The notes beneath the pieces were generated by a model. That model saw only the letters and a program-made list of their open reading frames with translations, made no database searches and had not been told where the DNA came from. A stretch of DNA of 32,000 bases from Candidatus Iainarchaeum sp. (lineage in GTDB: Archaea > Iainarchaeota > Iainarchaeia > Iainarchaeales > CSSED10-239), in the NCBI GenBank assembly GCA_003559395.1, contig PWLL01000077.1, forward strand, positions 12,225-44,224. Reading direction: 5' to 3'. Made by a program: the position numbers and the translations under genes. This document shows, in pieces, positions 1 through 8,420 of the stretch (positions are counted from its first letter, which is position 1; each line of letters begins with the position of its first letter).

Positions 1-1064
1 TCTCGAATCCATTTTTCTATTATATTATTAAGTTCAAATCGTGTGTCTGATTTTATCTTCTTTCCTTTTTTTAATGCGTCATCAAGTGCTTTTTTAAACT
101 CGTCTTTATTGTTGAATGGTACTATATATCCATACTTAGTTTTATTGTATGTTTTTAATTCTTTGTTTAATTCTACACCAAGTAGTTCTCGTGGTCCTGT
201 CTGGCAATCGTTTGCAACACACACACATCCGCTTGCCAGTGCTTCCATTAATGCTCGTGGCATTCCTTCAAAAAGTGATGGTAAAACGAACACATCTGCT
301 TTATTTAAGTATTTGTATACGTTATTCTTTGTACCTAAGAAATGTATGTTTTTTTGATTTTTTGTTTTTTCTTTAAGTTCTTGCTCGAGTGGTCCGTTTC
401 CTATTACGAGTAAATTAACATCTTCTTCTATATCTTTGAACATGTCAAAAAACCATGCATAATTCTTCTGTGAAACAAGTCGACCTACCATAACTATTGT
501 TTTCTTTTCAAACAATTTCTTTTCTTTTCCTGTTATGGCCTCTTTTTTTTTCTTGTTTATTTCATCTAATTCTATGGCATTCCCGATTGCGACTGTGTCG
601 AACTTCACTCTCTTTTGCATGGCTTTTGTAAGTACTATTGTTTTATCTGCTGTATTATGCAGATTTTTAAACCTATAATATGCATTACCTTTACTTAAAA
701 TATTGTTTCGTATAAATGTCCACAATTTAAATTTTAACATTTTTTTACAAATTAATGCTACCATGTTTGCGTCTTCTGCATTGGACACAACTAAATCATA
801 TTTATTATTTTTAAGAAATTGTCTTAATTTTAGAGGAAAATAAACCAAAATTCTAAAACTTTTAATAATAATATTATTGGCATAATTATAATTAAAATTG
901 TGTCTTTTAACAAAATATTCATATTCATTTTTAAAATTATAAAAAGTCAAAATTTCTACAACATAATATTTGGCTAAACCTTTTGTAAGAATTGCCACAG
1001 AGTTCTCTGCACCACCTCCAACTTTTAAATTACTCACTATAAACAATATTTTTTTCTTTTTCAT
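1..1064 (-). CDS. Glycosyltransferase family 4 (GT-B); C-terminal end runs off the window
   Basis: Absent from the ORF track because no stop is reached. Manual reverse translation from ATG 1064-1062 gives MKKKKILFIVSNLKVGGGAENSVAILTKGL..., later ..NLLVIGNGPLEQELK.. and ..ADVFVLPSLFEGMPRALMEALASGCVCVAND (GT4 E-x7-E region). The frame stays open to nt 1. ATGA start/stop overlap with the upstream GT2 gene. Confidence 0.8.
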   Translation of the reverse strand, partial: MKKKKILFIVSNLKVGGGAENSVAILTKGLAKYYVVEILTFYNFKNEYEYFVKRHNFNYNYANNIIIKSFRILVYFPLKLRQFLKNNKYDLVVSNAEDANMVALICKKMLKFKLWTFIRNNILSKGNAYYRFKNLHNTADKTIVLTKAMQKRVKFDTVAIGNAIELDEINKKKKEAITGKEKKLFEKKTIVMVGRLVSQKNYAWFFDMFKDIEEDVNLLVIGNGPLEQELKEKTKNQKNIHFLGTKNNVYKYLNKADVFVLPSLFEGMPRALMEALASGCVCVANDCQTGPRELLGVELNKELKTYNKTKYGYIVPFNNKDEFKKALDDALKKGKKIKSDTRFELNNIIEKWIR

Positions 1065-1873
1065 TTTTTCTTAATCATGTAAAACAATTTTAAAACAAAC
1101 CAATTAGGTAACAACAATAAAACATTTTCTAAAAATAATCTAATCGTACCTTTTAATCCAAGTTTCAAACCATTTTTAACTGCTATTTTTTTAACATAAA
1201 TTGTATCTTTAATAACTCTTTTCATGTTAGTGTTTTTTATTTGATTTTTATGTAATCTATAATTTAAAACAAATGAATTTAAATTATATATTTTGCAACC
1301 TTTTAAAAAAAATCTAAACCATAAATCATAATCTTGACTAGATTTTAAATAAGGAGAATAACACCCATATTTTTCAACCAATATTCTTTTAAACATAACG
1401 GTGGGATGTGCTAATGGGTTCTCGATTTTTATTGTGTTAGCAATATCATGACTATAAATTCGTTTGCCAAAAAGTTTTCCTTTAGAGTCAATCAAGGTAA
1501 TGTTTCCTCCAACGACATCAAATTTAGGAAACAATTTTAATTGTGTTTCAAACCTATCGTTGAAACAAACATCATCGGCATCCATTCTTGCAATATATTC
1601 GCCAGAACATTTTTTCAAACCAACATTCAAAGAACCAGTGCAACCTAAATTTTTATCATTCTTAAAACCTTTAATTCGTTTATCTTTCTTAGCATATTTT
1701 TGAATGATTTTCCAAGTATTATCTGTAGAACAATCGTCGATGATAATAAACTCAAAATCTTTAAATGTTTGTTTTAAAACACTTTCGATTGCTTCACCAA
1801 TAAACTTTTCTGCATTATACGCCGGCATCAATACTGAAATTTTATTAATTTTTTTTACCATATGATTAACCAA
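1061..1873 (-). CDS. Glycosyltransferase family 2
   Basis: ISVLMPAYNAEKFIGEAIESVLKQTFKDFEFIIIDDCSTDNT and ARMDADD are classic GT2 (GT-A, DxD) motifs. The track start is TTG 1873. ATG 1861 (MVKKINKISVLMP) lies 22 nt below a TTTATATA box, so it is the more likely leaderless start. Confidence 0.85.
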   Translation of the reverse strand: MVNHMVKKINKISVLMPAYNAEKFIGEAIESVLKQTFKDFEFIIIDDCSTDNTWKIIQKYAKKDKRIKGFKNDKNLGCTGSLNVGLKKCSGEYIARMDADDVCFNDRFETQLKLFPKFDVVGGNITLIDSKGKLFGKRIYSHDIANTIKIENPLAHPTVMFKRILVEKYGCYSPYLKSSQDYDLWFRFFLKGCKIYNLNSFVLNYRLHKNQIKNTNMKRVIKDTIYVKKIAVKNGLKLGLKGTIRLFLENVLLLLPNWFVLKLFYMIKKK

Positions 1874-1874
1874 A

Positions 1875-1892
1875 CATAACTAGTATATAAAT
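1875..1892 (-). promoter_or_regulatory. Archaeal-type promoter (TTTATATA box on the minus strand at 1884-1891) for the GT operon
   Basis: The 18-nt block cataactagtatataaat is identical to 7363-7380. The TATA box sits 22 nt upstream of ATG 1861. Confidence 0.5.
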
Positions 1893-1918
1893 GTTTTGAA
1901 AGTTTATAAATAGTTTTT

Positions 1919-3187
1919 TTATAATTGTAATTTTTCCCCTGATTTTAAAATAATTTCTTTAAAATCTATTGCCAAATCTTTAAATAATTTGGCTCTAACT
2001 AAAGAACTTTTTTCTTCAATGGTATCAACACAATATAATTGATATAATGAACTATAACCATCTTTTTTCTTTCTCAAAACTCTACCCATTCTTTGAATTG
2101 TTTGTTTATCGGTTGAATCTCCTGCCATTATTATTGCAACATCTAATTTTGGCAAATTATAACCTTCATCTAAAACTTTACTAACTAATAATACACTAAA
2201 TTTATCATTACGATAATCTATTAATGTTCGTTCCCTTGTTTTTTTATCTATACCACTATGAAGTACTCTACACTCTATATTTGTGTCTAATAAGTGCCAA
2301 TATATTTTAGAAGTTTGTTTGTTGTATTGATTAAAAACCAATATTTTGTTTTCCTTATGATTGTTTATTATTGTTTGAGTTATATCTATTTTATCAACAT
2401 AATTGTTTACTAATTCTTTTTGTTCATTAATTAATGCCAGCATTTTCATTTTTAGTGGTGTGTTTGTTTTCATTATTTTTTCAAACCCACCACCTGTGTT
2501 GTAAACTACATATAATTGTTGTTTTATATCATCATATTTGTCTCTTGTGTCTTGGTCTAATACAACACCTATATTATAAAACACAAAAGGGTTTAATACT
2601 CCGTCTTCTAATGCTTCTGAAGGATTATATTTATAAATATTAAAATCAAACAATTCCAACAATTTTCTATGATTTTTATCTGCTCTTGCAAGTGTGGCTG
2701 TTAAACCTATTTTGTATTTAAAAGGTGTTTCCAAAATCTTTAATATTCTGTCTGTGCCTAAATTGTGTAATTCATCACCTATAAACATATCAAACATTGT
2801 TAAAGGTATTCTATCAAGATTTTGTATGTTTGTAATAGTGATTCTACTATACTCTTTTATTGAACCATAATACACACCTATTGATTGTATTGGAATACCA
2901 TAATCAACTAATTCTTTATACCAACCTTCTTCCAATATAACATTTTTTGGCACGACTATTAACACTTTTAATTTTGGTTCTTTTAACAATAATTCTTGTA
3001 ATATGTCAATTGTTATAAAAGTTTTACCAGCACCAGTACTAACTTCAAAAATAACATTTTTGTTGTTTTCATAAAAGAATTTTTTGGCTTTTATTTGCCA
3101 ACTTCTCAAATCTGTTATATTTGTTTGTTTTTCTAAATTTGCTTCTATATTAAATAATTCATCAACATATTCATCCATTTTATTCAT
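1919..3187 (-). CDS. Superfamily 2 DExH helicase (XPB / ResIII-like), no recognisable nuclease domain
   Basis: Motif I VSTGAGKTF, Ia IVVPKN, II GDELHN, III GLTATLAR, V VLDEGYNLP, VI QRMGRVLRK, all in order. ATGA-type overlap with the upstream methyltransferase gene. Confidence 0.8.
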   Translation of the reverse strand: MNKMDEYVDELFNIEANLEKQTNITDLRSWQIKAKKFFYENNKNVIFEVSTGAGKTFITIDILQELLLKEPKLKVLIVVPKNVILEEGWYKELVDYGIPIQSIGVYYGSIKEYSRITITNIQNLDRIPLTMFDMFIGDELHNLGTDRILKILETPFKYKIGLTATLARADKNHRKLLELFDFNIYKYNPSEALEDGVLNPFVFYNIGVVLDQDTRDKYDDIKQQLYVVYNTGGGFEKIMKTNTPLKMKMLALINEQKELVNNYVDKIDITQTIINNHKENKILVFNQYNKQTSKIYWHLLDTNIECRVLHSGIDKKTRERTLIDYRNDKFSVLLVSKVLDEGYNLPKLDVAIIMAGDSTDKQTIQRMGRVLRKKKDGYSSLYQLYCVDTIEEKSSLVRAKLFKDLAIDFKEIILKSGEKLQL

Positions 3188-3933
3188 AATTCAAAAATTG
3201 TTTTTTGTGCTAAACGTTTATTTGCTATATCACAATATTCTTTGCTTATCTCAAACCCTATGAATTTTCTGTTAAGTTGTTTACAAGCAACGGCAGTAGT
3301 TCCACTACCCATAAAAGGGTCGAGAACTATATCTTGTGGGTTTGAATGAATTTCTATTAACTCTTTAATTAAACTAAGTGGTTTTTCTGTGGGGTGTTTT
3401 GTTTCCCCATAATAAGATTTGTTTGGAGTTTCAAAAAAATTGTGCATTTCTTTTTGTTGTTTAAAATTAAATGTCCAAGATTTGTCTCCCTTACTTCCAA
3501 CCCACAGAAATTCACAGGCAGATAGATAATTCACCTTTCTAAAAGATGGAACGGGATTGGTTTTGTGCCAAGAGAGTATTGTTCTCGTTCTTATTCCGAA
3601 CTCTTTTGATGTCCAACCTAAAAAACTGATATCTTCTTTATTAAAGAAACTAATTATTGTTCCTCCGTCTTTTAGAACCCTACAACATTCAGATAACCAC
3701 AATTGAGTAAATTCTAAAAACTCTTCCCTTGTTTTGTTATCCCAATCTCCAAAGTCATATATAAGAGGAGATTCTCTACGCATAATGGGAGAATTTAATT
3801 TGCTCTTATCTCTATTATCATTCAACTTTGAAATATTATATGGTGGGTCGGTTAAAACCAAATCAACACTCTCGTCAGGTAATTGTTTTAATCCTTCTAA
3901 ACAATCCATACAATATATTTTATTCGTTTCCAT
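3184..3933 (-). CDS. Beta-class DNA amino-methyltransferase (N6-adenine or N4-cytosine), DPPY type
   Basis: Motif IV LVLTDPPYN near the N-terminus and motif I VLDPFMGSGTTAVA near the C-terminus (permuted beta order). Confidence 0.85.
   Translation of the reverse strand: METNKIYCMDCLEGLKQLPDESVDLVLTDPPYNISKLNDNRDKSKLNSPIMRRESPLIYDFGDWDNKTREEFLEFTQLWLSECCRVLKDGGTIISFFNKEDISFLGWTSKEFGIRTRTILSWHKTNPVPSFRKVNYLSACEFLWVGSKGDKSWTFNFKQQKEMHNFFETPNKSYYGETKHPTEKPLSLIKELIEIHSNPQDIVLDPFMGSGTTAVACKQLNRKFIGFEISKEYCDIANKRLAQKTIFEL
3188..3327. repeat. 140-nt direct repeat (partner 3943-4082) covering the 3' ends of the two methyltransferase genes
   Basis: Manual alignment shows about 11 mismatches in 140 nt. 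A second shared block covers the 5' ends (about 3835-3933 vs 4557-4655). Confidence 0.8.
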
Positions 3934-3938
3934 TTTAT

Positions 3939-4655
3939 TTACAATTCAAAAATTGTTTTTTGTGCCAACCGTTTATTTGCTATGTCACAATATTCTTTGC
4001 TTAACTCAAACCCTATGAATTTTCTGTTAAGTTGTTTAGATGCGACAGCGGTGGTCCCACTACCCATAAAAGGGTCGAGAACCAATTGTTCAGATTTACT
4101 ACTACTTTCTATAATTCTTCTAATTAATTTTAAAGGATATTGTGCAGGGTGGTTCGTTCTTTCTTTTGAATTTGCCATCACTTGGGGAATCTCCCAAACA
4201 TCCCCATATTTTGCGTAATCTTCATTAAAGTAGTAATCATTTGATTTTATGAACACAAAAACATATTCGTGTCTTGGATACCATTTTATTTTTGCTACAT
4301 CTGGAGATGAAGCAAATTTCCATATTATCATATTCAATAATTTAAAAGGAGATTTCTCAACAATCCAAAAAGGAATTTTACATCGATAATCCTGAAATCT
4401 ATATTTTATATTAAAATAAAACATACCTGTTGGTTTTAGAACTCTATATAATTCTTTAAAATAACATTCTGTCCATTCTTGGTATTCTTCATCGGTCATA
4501 TTATCATCATAGCAATCATAACTGCTCTGTTTACCGTCTCTGCTAAATCCACCAAAATTATATGGTGGGCTTGTAACAATTAAATCCACACTTCCATCAG
4601 GTATTTGCTTCATTCCTTCTAAACAATCCATACAATATATTTTATTTGTTTCCAT
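3939..4655 (-). CDS. Beta-class DNA amino-methyltransferase, SPPY type (N4-cytosine-like)
   Basis: Motif IV LIVTSPPYNF and motif I VLDPFMGSGTTAVA. N- and C-termini are almost identical to the neighbouring methyltransferase; the central region is unrelated. Confidence 0.85.
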   Translation of the reverse strand: METNKIYCMDCLEGMKQIPDGSVDLIVTSPPYNFGGFSRDGKQSSYDCYDDNMTDEEYQEWTECYFKELYRVLKPTGMFYFNIKYRFQDYRCKIPFWIVEKSPFKLLNMIIWKFASSPDVAKIKWYPRHEYVFVFIKSNDYYFNEDYAKYGDVWEIPQVMANSKERTNHPAQYPLKLIRRIIESSSKSEQLVLDPFMGSGTTAVASKQLNRKFIGFELSKEYCDIANKRLAQKTIFEL

Positions 4656-4658
4656 TTT

Positions 4659-4805
4659 TTAATGAACCAACCTGTCTTCTTTCTGCAATTTGTTTCTCAT
4701 AAAAAAATGTTTAATACACAAACCATCCATCATTGGCGACAGTTTGCATTGTAGTCCATTAGAATTAATTGCTCTACATCGTTTTGTGTTTTTTTCTAAA
4801 TCCAT
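4659..4805 (-). CDS. Small Cys-rich (CCCH) zinc-binding protein, 48 aa
   Basis: Below the track cutoff. Manual translation: MDLEKNTKRCRAINSNGLQCKLSPMMDGLCIKHFFMRNKLQKEDRLVH. It overlaps the stop of the upstream ORF, as its neighbours do. Confidence 0.45.
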   Translation of the reverse strand: MDLEKNTKRCRAINSNGLQCKLSPMMDGLCIKHFFMRNKLQKEDRLVH

Positions 4806-5545
4806 TTTGTATCAACTTTTTTTTTCTTTAACCCAATATATTCTGTCAATTCGTCGTTTGTTTTACCACGATTTTCATTGTTGTCTAAAATTTTTTTAGT
4901 ATCAAACATATTATTAAAATTGTTGTTGCCTAAACCAATTGTATCAACAAGTTCTTTGTTTGATTTCATTTTTTGTTGAGACAAATTTGGTGTGTTTTTT
5001 TGGGTAAATTGTTTATTGGTGTTGTTGCCAAAACCCATATAATCTCCTATTTTATCATTACTCAAACCAGAACTTTGTTTGTGGTTATTTAACCCTATAC
5101 AATCTTTCATTTTATTGTTATCAATTCCTGGTTGTTGGTTGTTGTTTTTTTTCAACCCTATATAATCTCCTATTTTATCGTTGCTCAAACCAGAATTTTG
5201 TGATGAACCCATTAATTTGTTTACATCAAACATTCCACCAGAATTGTTTTCGCCACTATTCATTTTGAAAGCGTTGGCAAATTTTTCTAGTTTTTCTTTT
5301 CTTGCAACACCGGTCATTTTTTTTAATTCTTCTTCTTTATATTTTTTCACTAATTTTGGTTGTAATTCTGTTAACGCTTGTAATCTTGCTTCTCGTTTTA
5401 ATTCACTAATTGCTTTTTGTTCGGCTTTTTTTTCAGCTATTTTTTCTTTTAAAGGATTAATTAAAAAAGTTTTGTCTTTAAGTATTTTGTATAAAAACAA
5501 AAACACTCCAATTAATATTATTCCTATTCCTATGTATATTATCAT
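4796..5545 (-). CDS. Membrane-anchored repeat protein (N-terminal TM helix, coiled coil, N/G-rich repeats)
   Basis: MIIYIGIGIILIGVFLFLY TM segment; charged helical stretch; internal repeat SGLSNDKIGDY(I/M)G occurs twice, with related GL(K/N)N units. Confidence 0.6.
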   Translation of the reverse strand: MIIYIGIGIILIGVFLFLYKILKDKTFLINPLKEKIAEKKAEQKAISELKREARLQALTELQPKLVKKYKEEELKKMTGVARKEKLEKFANAFKMNSGENNSGGMFDVNKLMGSSQNSGLSNDKIGDYIGLKKNNNQQPGIDNNKMKDCIGLNNHKQSSGLSNDKIGDYMGFGNNTNKQFTQKNTPNLSQQKMKSNKELVDTIGLGNNNFNNMFDTKKILDNNENRGKTNDELTEYIGLKKKKVDTKWI

Positions 5546-5736
5546 TTTATTTCCTCGTTGTTGTTCATATAAACACCCAATAATACTGCGTCTATTATTA
5601 TGGTAATAAATATTATTGTTAATAAAGTTGTGGTTGTAAATTCACTAATTATGTTTAATACATTAAGTGCCCCCACCAACAAATATGTTATTACTTTTAA
5701 CAATATATATGTTGTCCAATATATTTTAATGTTCAT
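5542..5736 (-). CDS. Small membrane protein (2 TM)
   Basis: Hydrophobic 64-aa ORF with start/stop overlaps to neighbours on the same strand. Confidence 0.5.
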   Translation of the reverse strand: MNIKIYWTTYILLKVITYLLVGALNVLNIISEFTTTTLLTIIFITIIIDAVLLGVYMNNNEEIK

Positions 5737-5851
5737 TTTGTTCCTCCACTTCTTTCATCCTATTACAACTCATACAATGTTGTTTCATAGAGTGGTTGTT
5801 GTAATATTCTTTTGTGCAACCACACCACTTACATTCTTTTTTTTCTATCAT
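5726..5851 (-). CDS. Small zinc-ribbon protein, 41 aa
   Basis: Below the track cutoff. Manual translation: MIEKKECKWCGCTKEYYNNHSMKQHCMSCNRMKEVEEQNEH (CxxC...CxxC). Overlaps both neighbours. Confidence 0.45.
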   Translation of the reverse strand: MIEKKECKWCGCTKEYYNNHSMKQHCMSCNRMKEVEEQNEH

Positions 5852-6083
5852 TTTCTGGTTCCAAGAATTTATCGAAAATTTTTTTAAACTCTTCTTTTTC
5901 TAATTGTCTACTAATATTAATGCTTTGCAAAAACAAAAACAAACTCATTCCTATTAATACAAAAACTATTAATAGAATAAAAGGGTTGTAACAAACCAAA
6001 AACATATTATAATACATTCCTGCACTGAAATACCCCACAAACAAAAATATACTTAATAATGTTAATAATATTTTTTTATCCAT
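5829..6083 (-). CDS. Small membrane protein (2-3 TM)
   Basis: Hydrophobic 84-aa ORF preceded by AAGGAGG 7 nt upstream of the ATG. Confidence 0.55.
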   Translation of the reverse strand: MDKKILLTLLSIFLFVGYFSAGMYYNMFLVCYNPFILLIVFVLIGMSLFLFLQSINISRQLEKEEFKKIFDKFLEPENDRKKRM

Positions 6084-6226
6084 TCTTTTGCCTCCTTATA
6101 ATTGCTTATTATTTCGATATGTTCTTCTATGTGATTAATATCGAAATGATTTTGAATATCGTTTTGTAAGTCTTTTTGTGTGCAAACAAACTCGTTGCCA
6201 CATAATTTACATCTCCACTTAATCAT
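6062..6226 (-). CDS. C2H2-type zinc-finger protein, 54 aa
   Basis: Below the track cutoff. Manual translation: MIKWRCKLCGNEFVCTQKDLQNDIQNHFDINHIEEHIEIISNYKEAKEWIKKYY (CxxC-x17-HxxxxH). Confidence 0.5.
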   Translation of the reverse strand: MIKWRCKLCGNEFVCTQKDLQNDIQNHFDINHIEEHIEIISNYKEAKEWIKKYY

Positions 6227-6422
6227 TTTTGCCTTTTATGATATAATCCTCAAATTTTCTTTTACATTTGCTACAAAACGTTTTGCCACCATGATAATGT
6301 TCTTTGTGATTACAATAAGGGCAGATTCTTCGTAAAAGATTTTTATATTCTCCTTTTTTTTCTTTTCTTTGTTGTTCTCTTGATTCAAGGTATTCTTCAA
6401 CACCACTTTCATATTCATTCAT
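6219..6422 (-). CDS. Zinc-ribbon protein, 67 aa
   Basis: ICPYCNHKEHYHGGKTFCSKCKRKF (CxxC-x13-CxxC) after an acidic/basic N-terminus. Confidence 0.6.
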   Translation of the reverse strand: MNEYESGVEEYLESREQQRKEKKGEYKNLLRRICPYCNHKEHYHGGKTFCSKCKRKFEDYIIKGKND

Positions 6423-6625
6423 TGTAAATCCTCTGGTTTGATTTTTGTGTCAACCAATTCTTTTTTTGTTATTATACACAAAGTATAATATATGAAAAAG
6501 AACATAAACAAAAACCATAACAATGGTTTAACAAAAAGTTTCTTTATTTTATTATATTGTTTTAAAATAGTAACTATATTTATTGCATCATCTTCTGCCA
6601 TTCTTGCCAACATTTTTAGTTTCAT
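6419..6625 (-). CDS. Small membrane protein
   Basis: Central TM segment LLWFLFMFFFIYYTLCII; overlapping start/stop with neighbours. Confidence 0.5.
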   Translation of the reverse strand: MKLKMLARMAEDDAINIVTILKQYNKIKKLFVKPLLWFLFMFFFIYYTLCIITKKELVDTKIKPEDLQ

Positions 6626-6927
6626 TCGTTTTCCTCTAATTTTTTTAAAATTTTTTCGGTGTCTTTTTTTATATCGTTTCTGCTATTAAGGTGTTGATAT
6701 TCGTGTTTTAATATGAACAAATAGTCAAACAGCCCTATAGATAGTGTGAGCGCCACCAATATTGTTAACAACAAAAAAATATTTATATTAATATTATTAA
6801 CTGCAAAAAATGTATTTATTATGAAAAAACTATTAACAAAAACCAAATAGCTTGCAGTTCTGTTACCAAAATTCTTAATTTTGGCGATGTTTTTAAACAA
6901 TTTGTTTAATTTTTGTTTTAGTTTCAT
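6622..6927 (-). CDS. Membrane protein (2 TM)
   Basis: Two hydrophobic segments and a charged C-terminus; start/stop overlap. Confidence 0.55.
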   Translation of the reverse strand: MKLKQKLNKLFKNIAKIKNFGNRTASYLVFVNSFFIINTFFAVNNININIFLLLTILVALTLSIGLFDYLFILKHEYQHLNSRNDIKKDTEKILKKLEENE

Positions 6928-7145
6928 TTATCTTCCTCTATTTTGATAATAAGGTTTTTTTTATTGTGTTTTGAATAAAACACTCCAAAGTAAGTTTGAA
7001 TGTGTCTTAAAAGTGTTTCCATACACTCTAATTCGCCATCTTCAATATCATATGATTCAAAAACAACTGTCGTTTTTTTTTCTCCTTCAAATGATTCAAC
7101 AACAAAACCGTTCTCTACTCTTTCTATTGTTGTTTTCCAAACCAT
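6924..7145 (-). CDS. Hypothetical protein, 73 aa
   Basis: Soluble, beta-rich looking ORF (VENGFVVESFEGEKKTTVVFESYD), translationally coupled with its neighbours. Confidence 0.5.
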   Translation of the reverse strand: MVWKTTIERVENGFVVESFEGEKKTTVVFESYDIEDGELECMETLLRHIQTYFGVFYSKHNKKNLIIKIEEDK

Positions 7146-7354
7146 TACTCTGACCTCATTTTTGGGGGTCTTAGTAAAAAGTATTCATTTAATATATTTT
7201 CTATAGCTTCTGTTTTTGTTTTTACATCATTATATATCATATATAACTTTAAATTTTTATCAACAAATTCATCAATATCCATTTGTATTTTAACCATTTT
7301 ATGTAACCTCTGTGATTGTGACATTTTGTTATGTCTTAATACACCATATATCAA
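7145..7354 (-). CDS. Possible ribbon-helix-helix regulator; first gene of the minus-strand block
   Basis: KMVKIQMDIDEFVDKNLKLY...KTEAIENILNEYF resembles strand-helix-helix. The track start is TTG 7354; an alternative start is ATG 7324. A GTGACA iteron (7318-7323) overlaps that ATG. Confidence 0.45.
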   Translation of the reverse strand: MIYGVLRHNKMSQSQRLHKMVKIQMDIDEFVDKNLKLYMIYNDVKTKTEAIENILNEYFLLRPPKMRSE

Positions 7355-8160
7355 TTAGTAATCATAACTAGTATATAAATCTTTCGGTTTTTGACGATTT
7401 TTGATATATGTTATATCAAATGTGACACTTTTTTGAAAAAGTGTCAAAAAAGCCATTTGTCACATTTTTTCGGCACTTTTTTTCATTTTTTTAAAAAATC
7501 CTTATATCAAATGTGACACTTTTTTTTGGCACATTTGTGACATTTTGATTTTTTTAGAATTTTTTTTAATATACAGAAATGTATATTAATTCGTTATTTT
7601 GAAATATGGGTTTATAAATATATTGTTTTTTGGCATAAAAAATAGGTGTTTTTAGAAAAAAAATTTTTTTTATGTAAAAAATATTTTTTTTGTGTCACAA
7701 TTGGTATAACAGGTATTGTGATGTATCATCTATATCATTATATATCGTAGTGTATTTTTGTGACAAAATTGGTGTTCCATAGGAAATGAAGGTTGGTTTT
7801 GTGACATTTGTGCCAGTTAACTTTAAATAGTGGAAATGCAAAATGTCACAAAATGTCACAAAATGTCACAAGATATATATAGTACAAAATATAAAACTAT
7901 ATAAATAAGTGAACCATCGTTTCATATGGAACCCTTTCAAGTATTAAAATTCTTTATTATTATCAATTATGAAAAAACCATGTGACAGTTTTGAAAAAAA
8001 ATTCCATATGCGTTTCTGGAACTTTTGCCGAAATATACTTGAGTATATAATATTTTAGAAAAAAAAATTGTTAAAAAAAATCCAATTATGAAATTTTTTG
8101 TGACATTTTTGTGCCAAAAAGCTGTCACATTTATATCAAATGTGACAAAAAAAATGTCAC
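7318..8160. repeat. Iteron array (GTGACA/TGTCAC); putative replication origin and/or operator region
   Basis: At least 17 copies counted. GTGACA at 7318, 7422, 7513, 7537, 7760, 7801, 7982, 8100, 8142. TGTCAC at 7458, 7693, 7844, 7854, 7864, 8123, 8155. GTGTCA at 7441. Three copies of ttatatcaaatgtgaca (7411, 7502, 8131). Perfect palindrome tgacacttttt-tg-aaaaagtgtca at 7423-7446. Three 10-nt phased aaaatgtcac units at 7840-7869. An A/T-only stretch (about 7546-7690) lies between the clusters. Confidence 0.7.
7363..7380 (-). promoter_or_regulatory. Archaeal-type promoter (TTTATATA on the minus strand at 7372-7379)
   Basis: The 18-nt block is identical to 1875-1892 and lies immediately upstream of the first minus-strand gene. 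Confidence 0.5.
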
Positions 8161-8420
8161 AAAATCATAAGCAAAAAAATTATTACACTACTAATATACA
8201 TTTTATATACTTAATGTATATTTTTTTATTACTTATATTTTTTTTTGACAAACCACATCATATAAGGACAATTTTTTTTACCATATTGTATAGTTGTGTA
8301 TATATAATTTGATAATTTAATAACATAAAATAAAAAATGATAAAAAACACAAAAAATCAAAAAAAATCTATTTTATCTAAAAAACAATTTTTTTGCAAAA
8401 ATACCAAAAAAATCAAAACA

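Noticed and set aside
1919-3933. Helicase plus adjacent methyltransferase as a Type III (Res/Mod) restriction-modification system
   Set aside because: The helicase is only 422 aa and I see no PD-(D/E)xK or other nuclease domain. Two orphan methyltransferases in a viral context fit anti-restriction better.
6236-6418. Alternative-frame track ORF 6236-6418 (-) overlapping the zinc-ribbon gene
   Set aside because: The 6219-6422 frame gives a clean CxxC...CxxC protein and proper coupling to its neighbours. The alternative frame has no features.
7840-7869. Three tandem aaaatgtcac units as a mini CRISPR array
   Set aside because: The units are 10 nt with no spacers, and they belong to the wider GTGACA iteron family. 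No cas genes or repeat-spacer structure are present.
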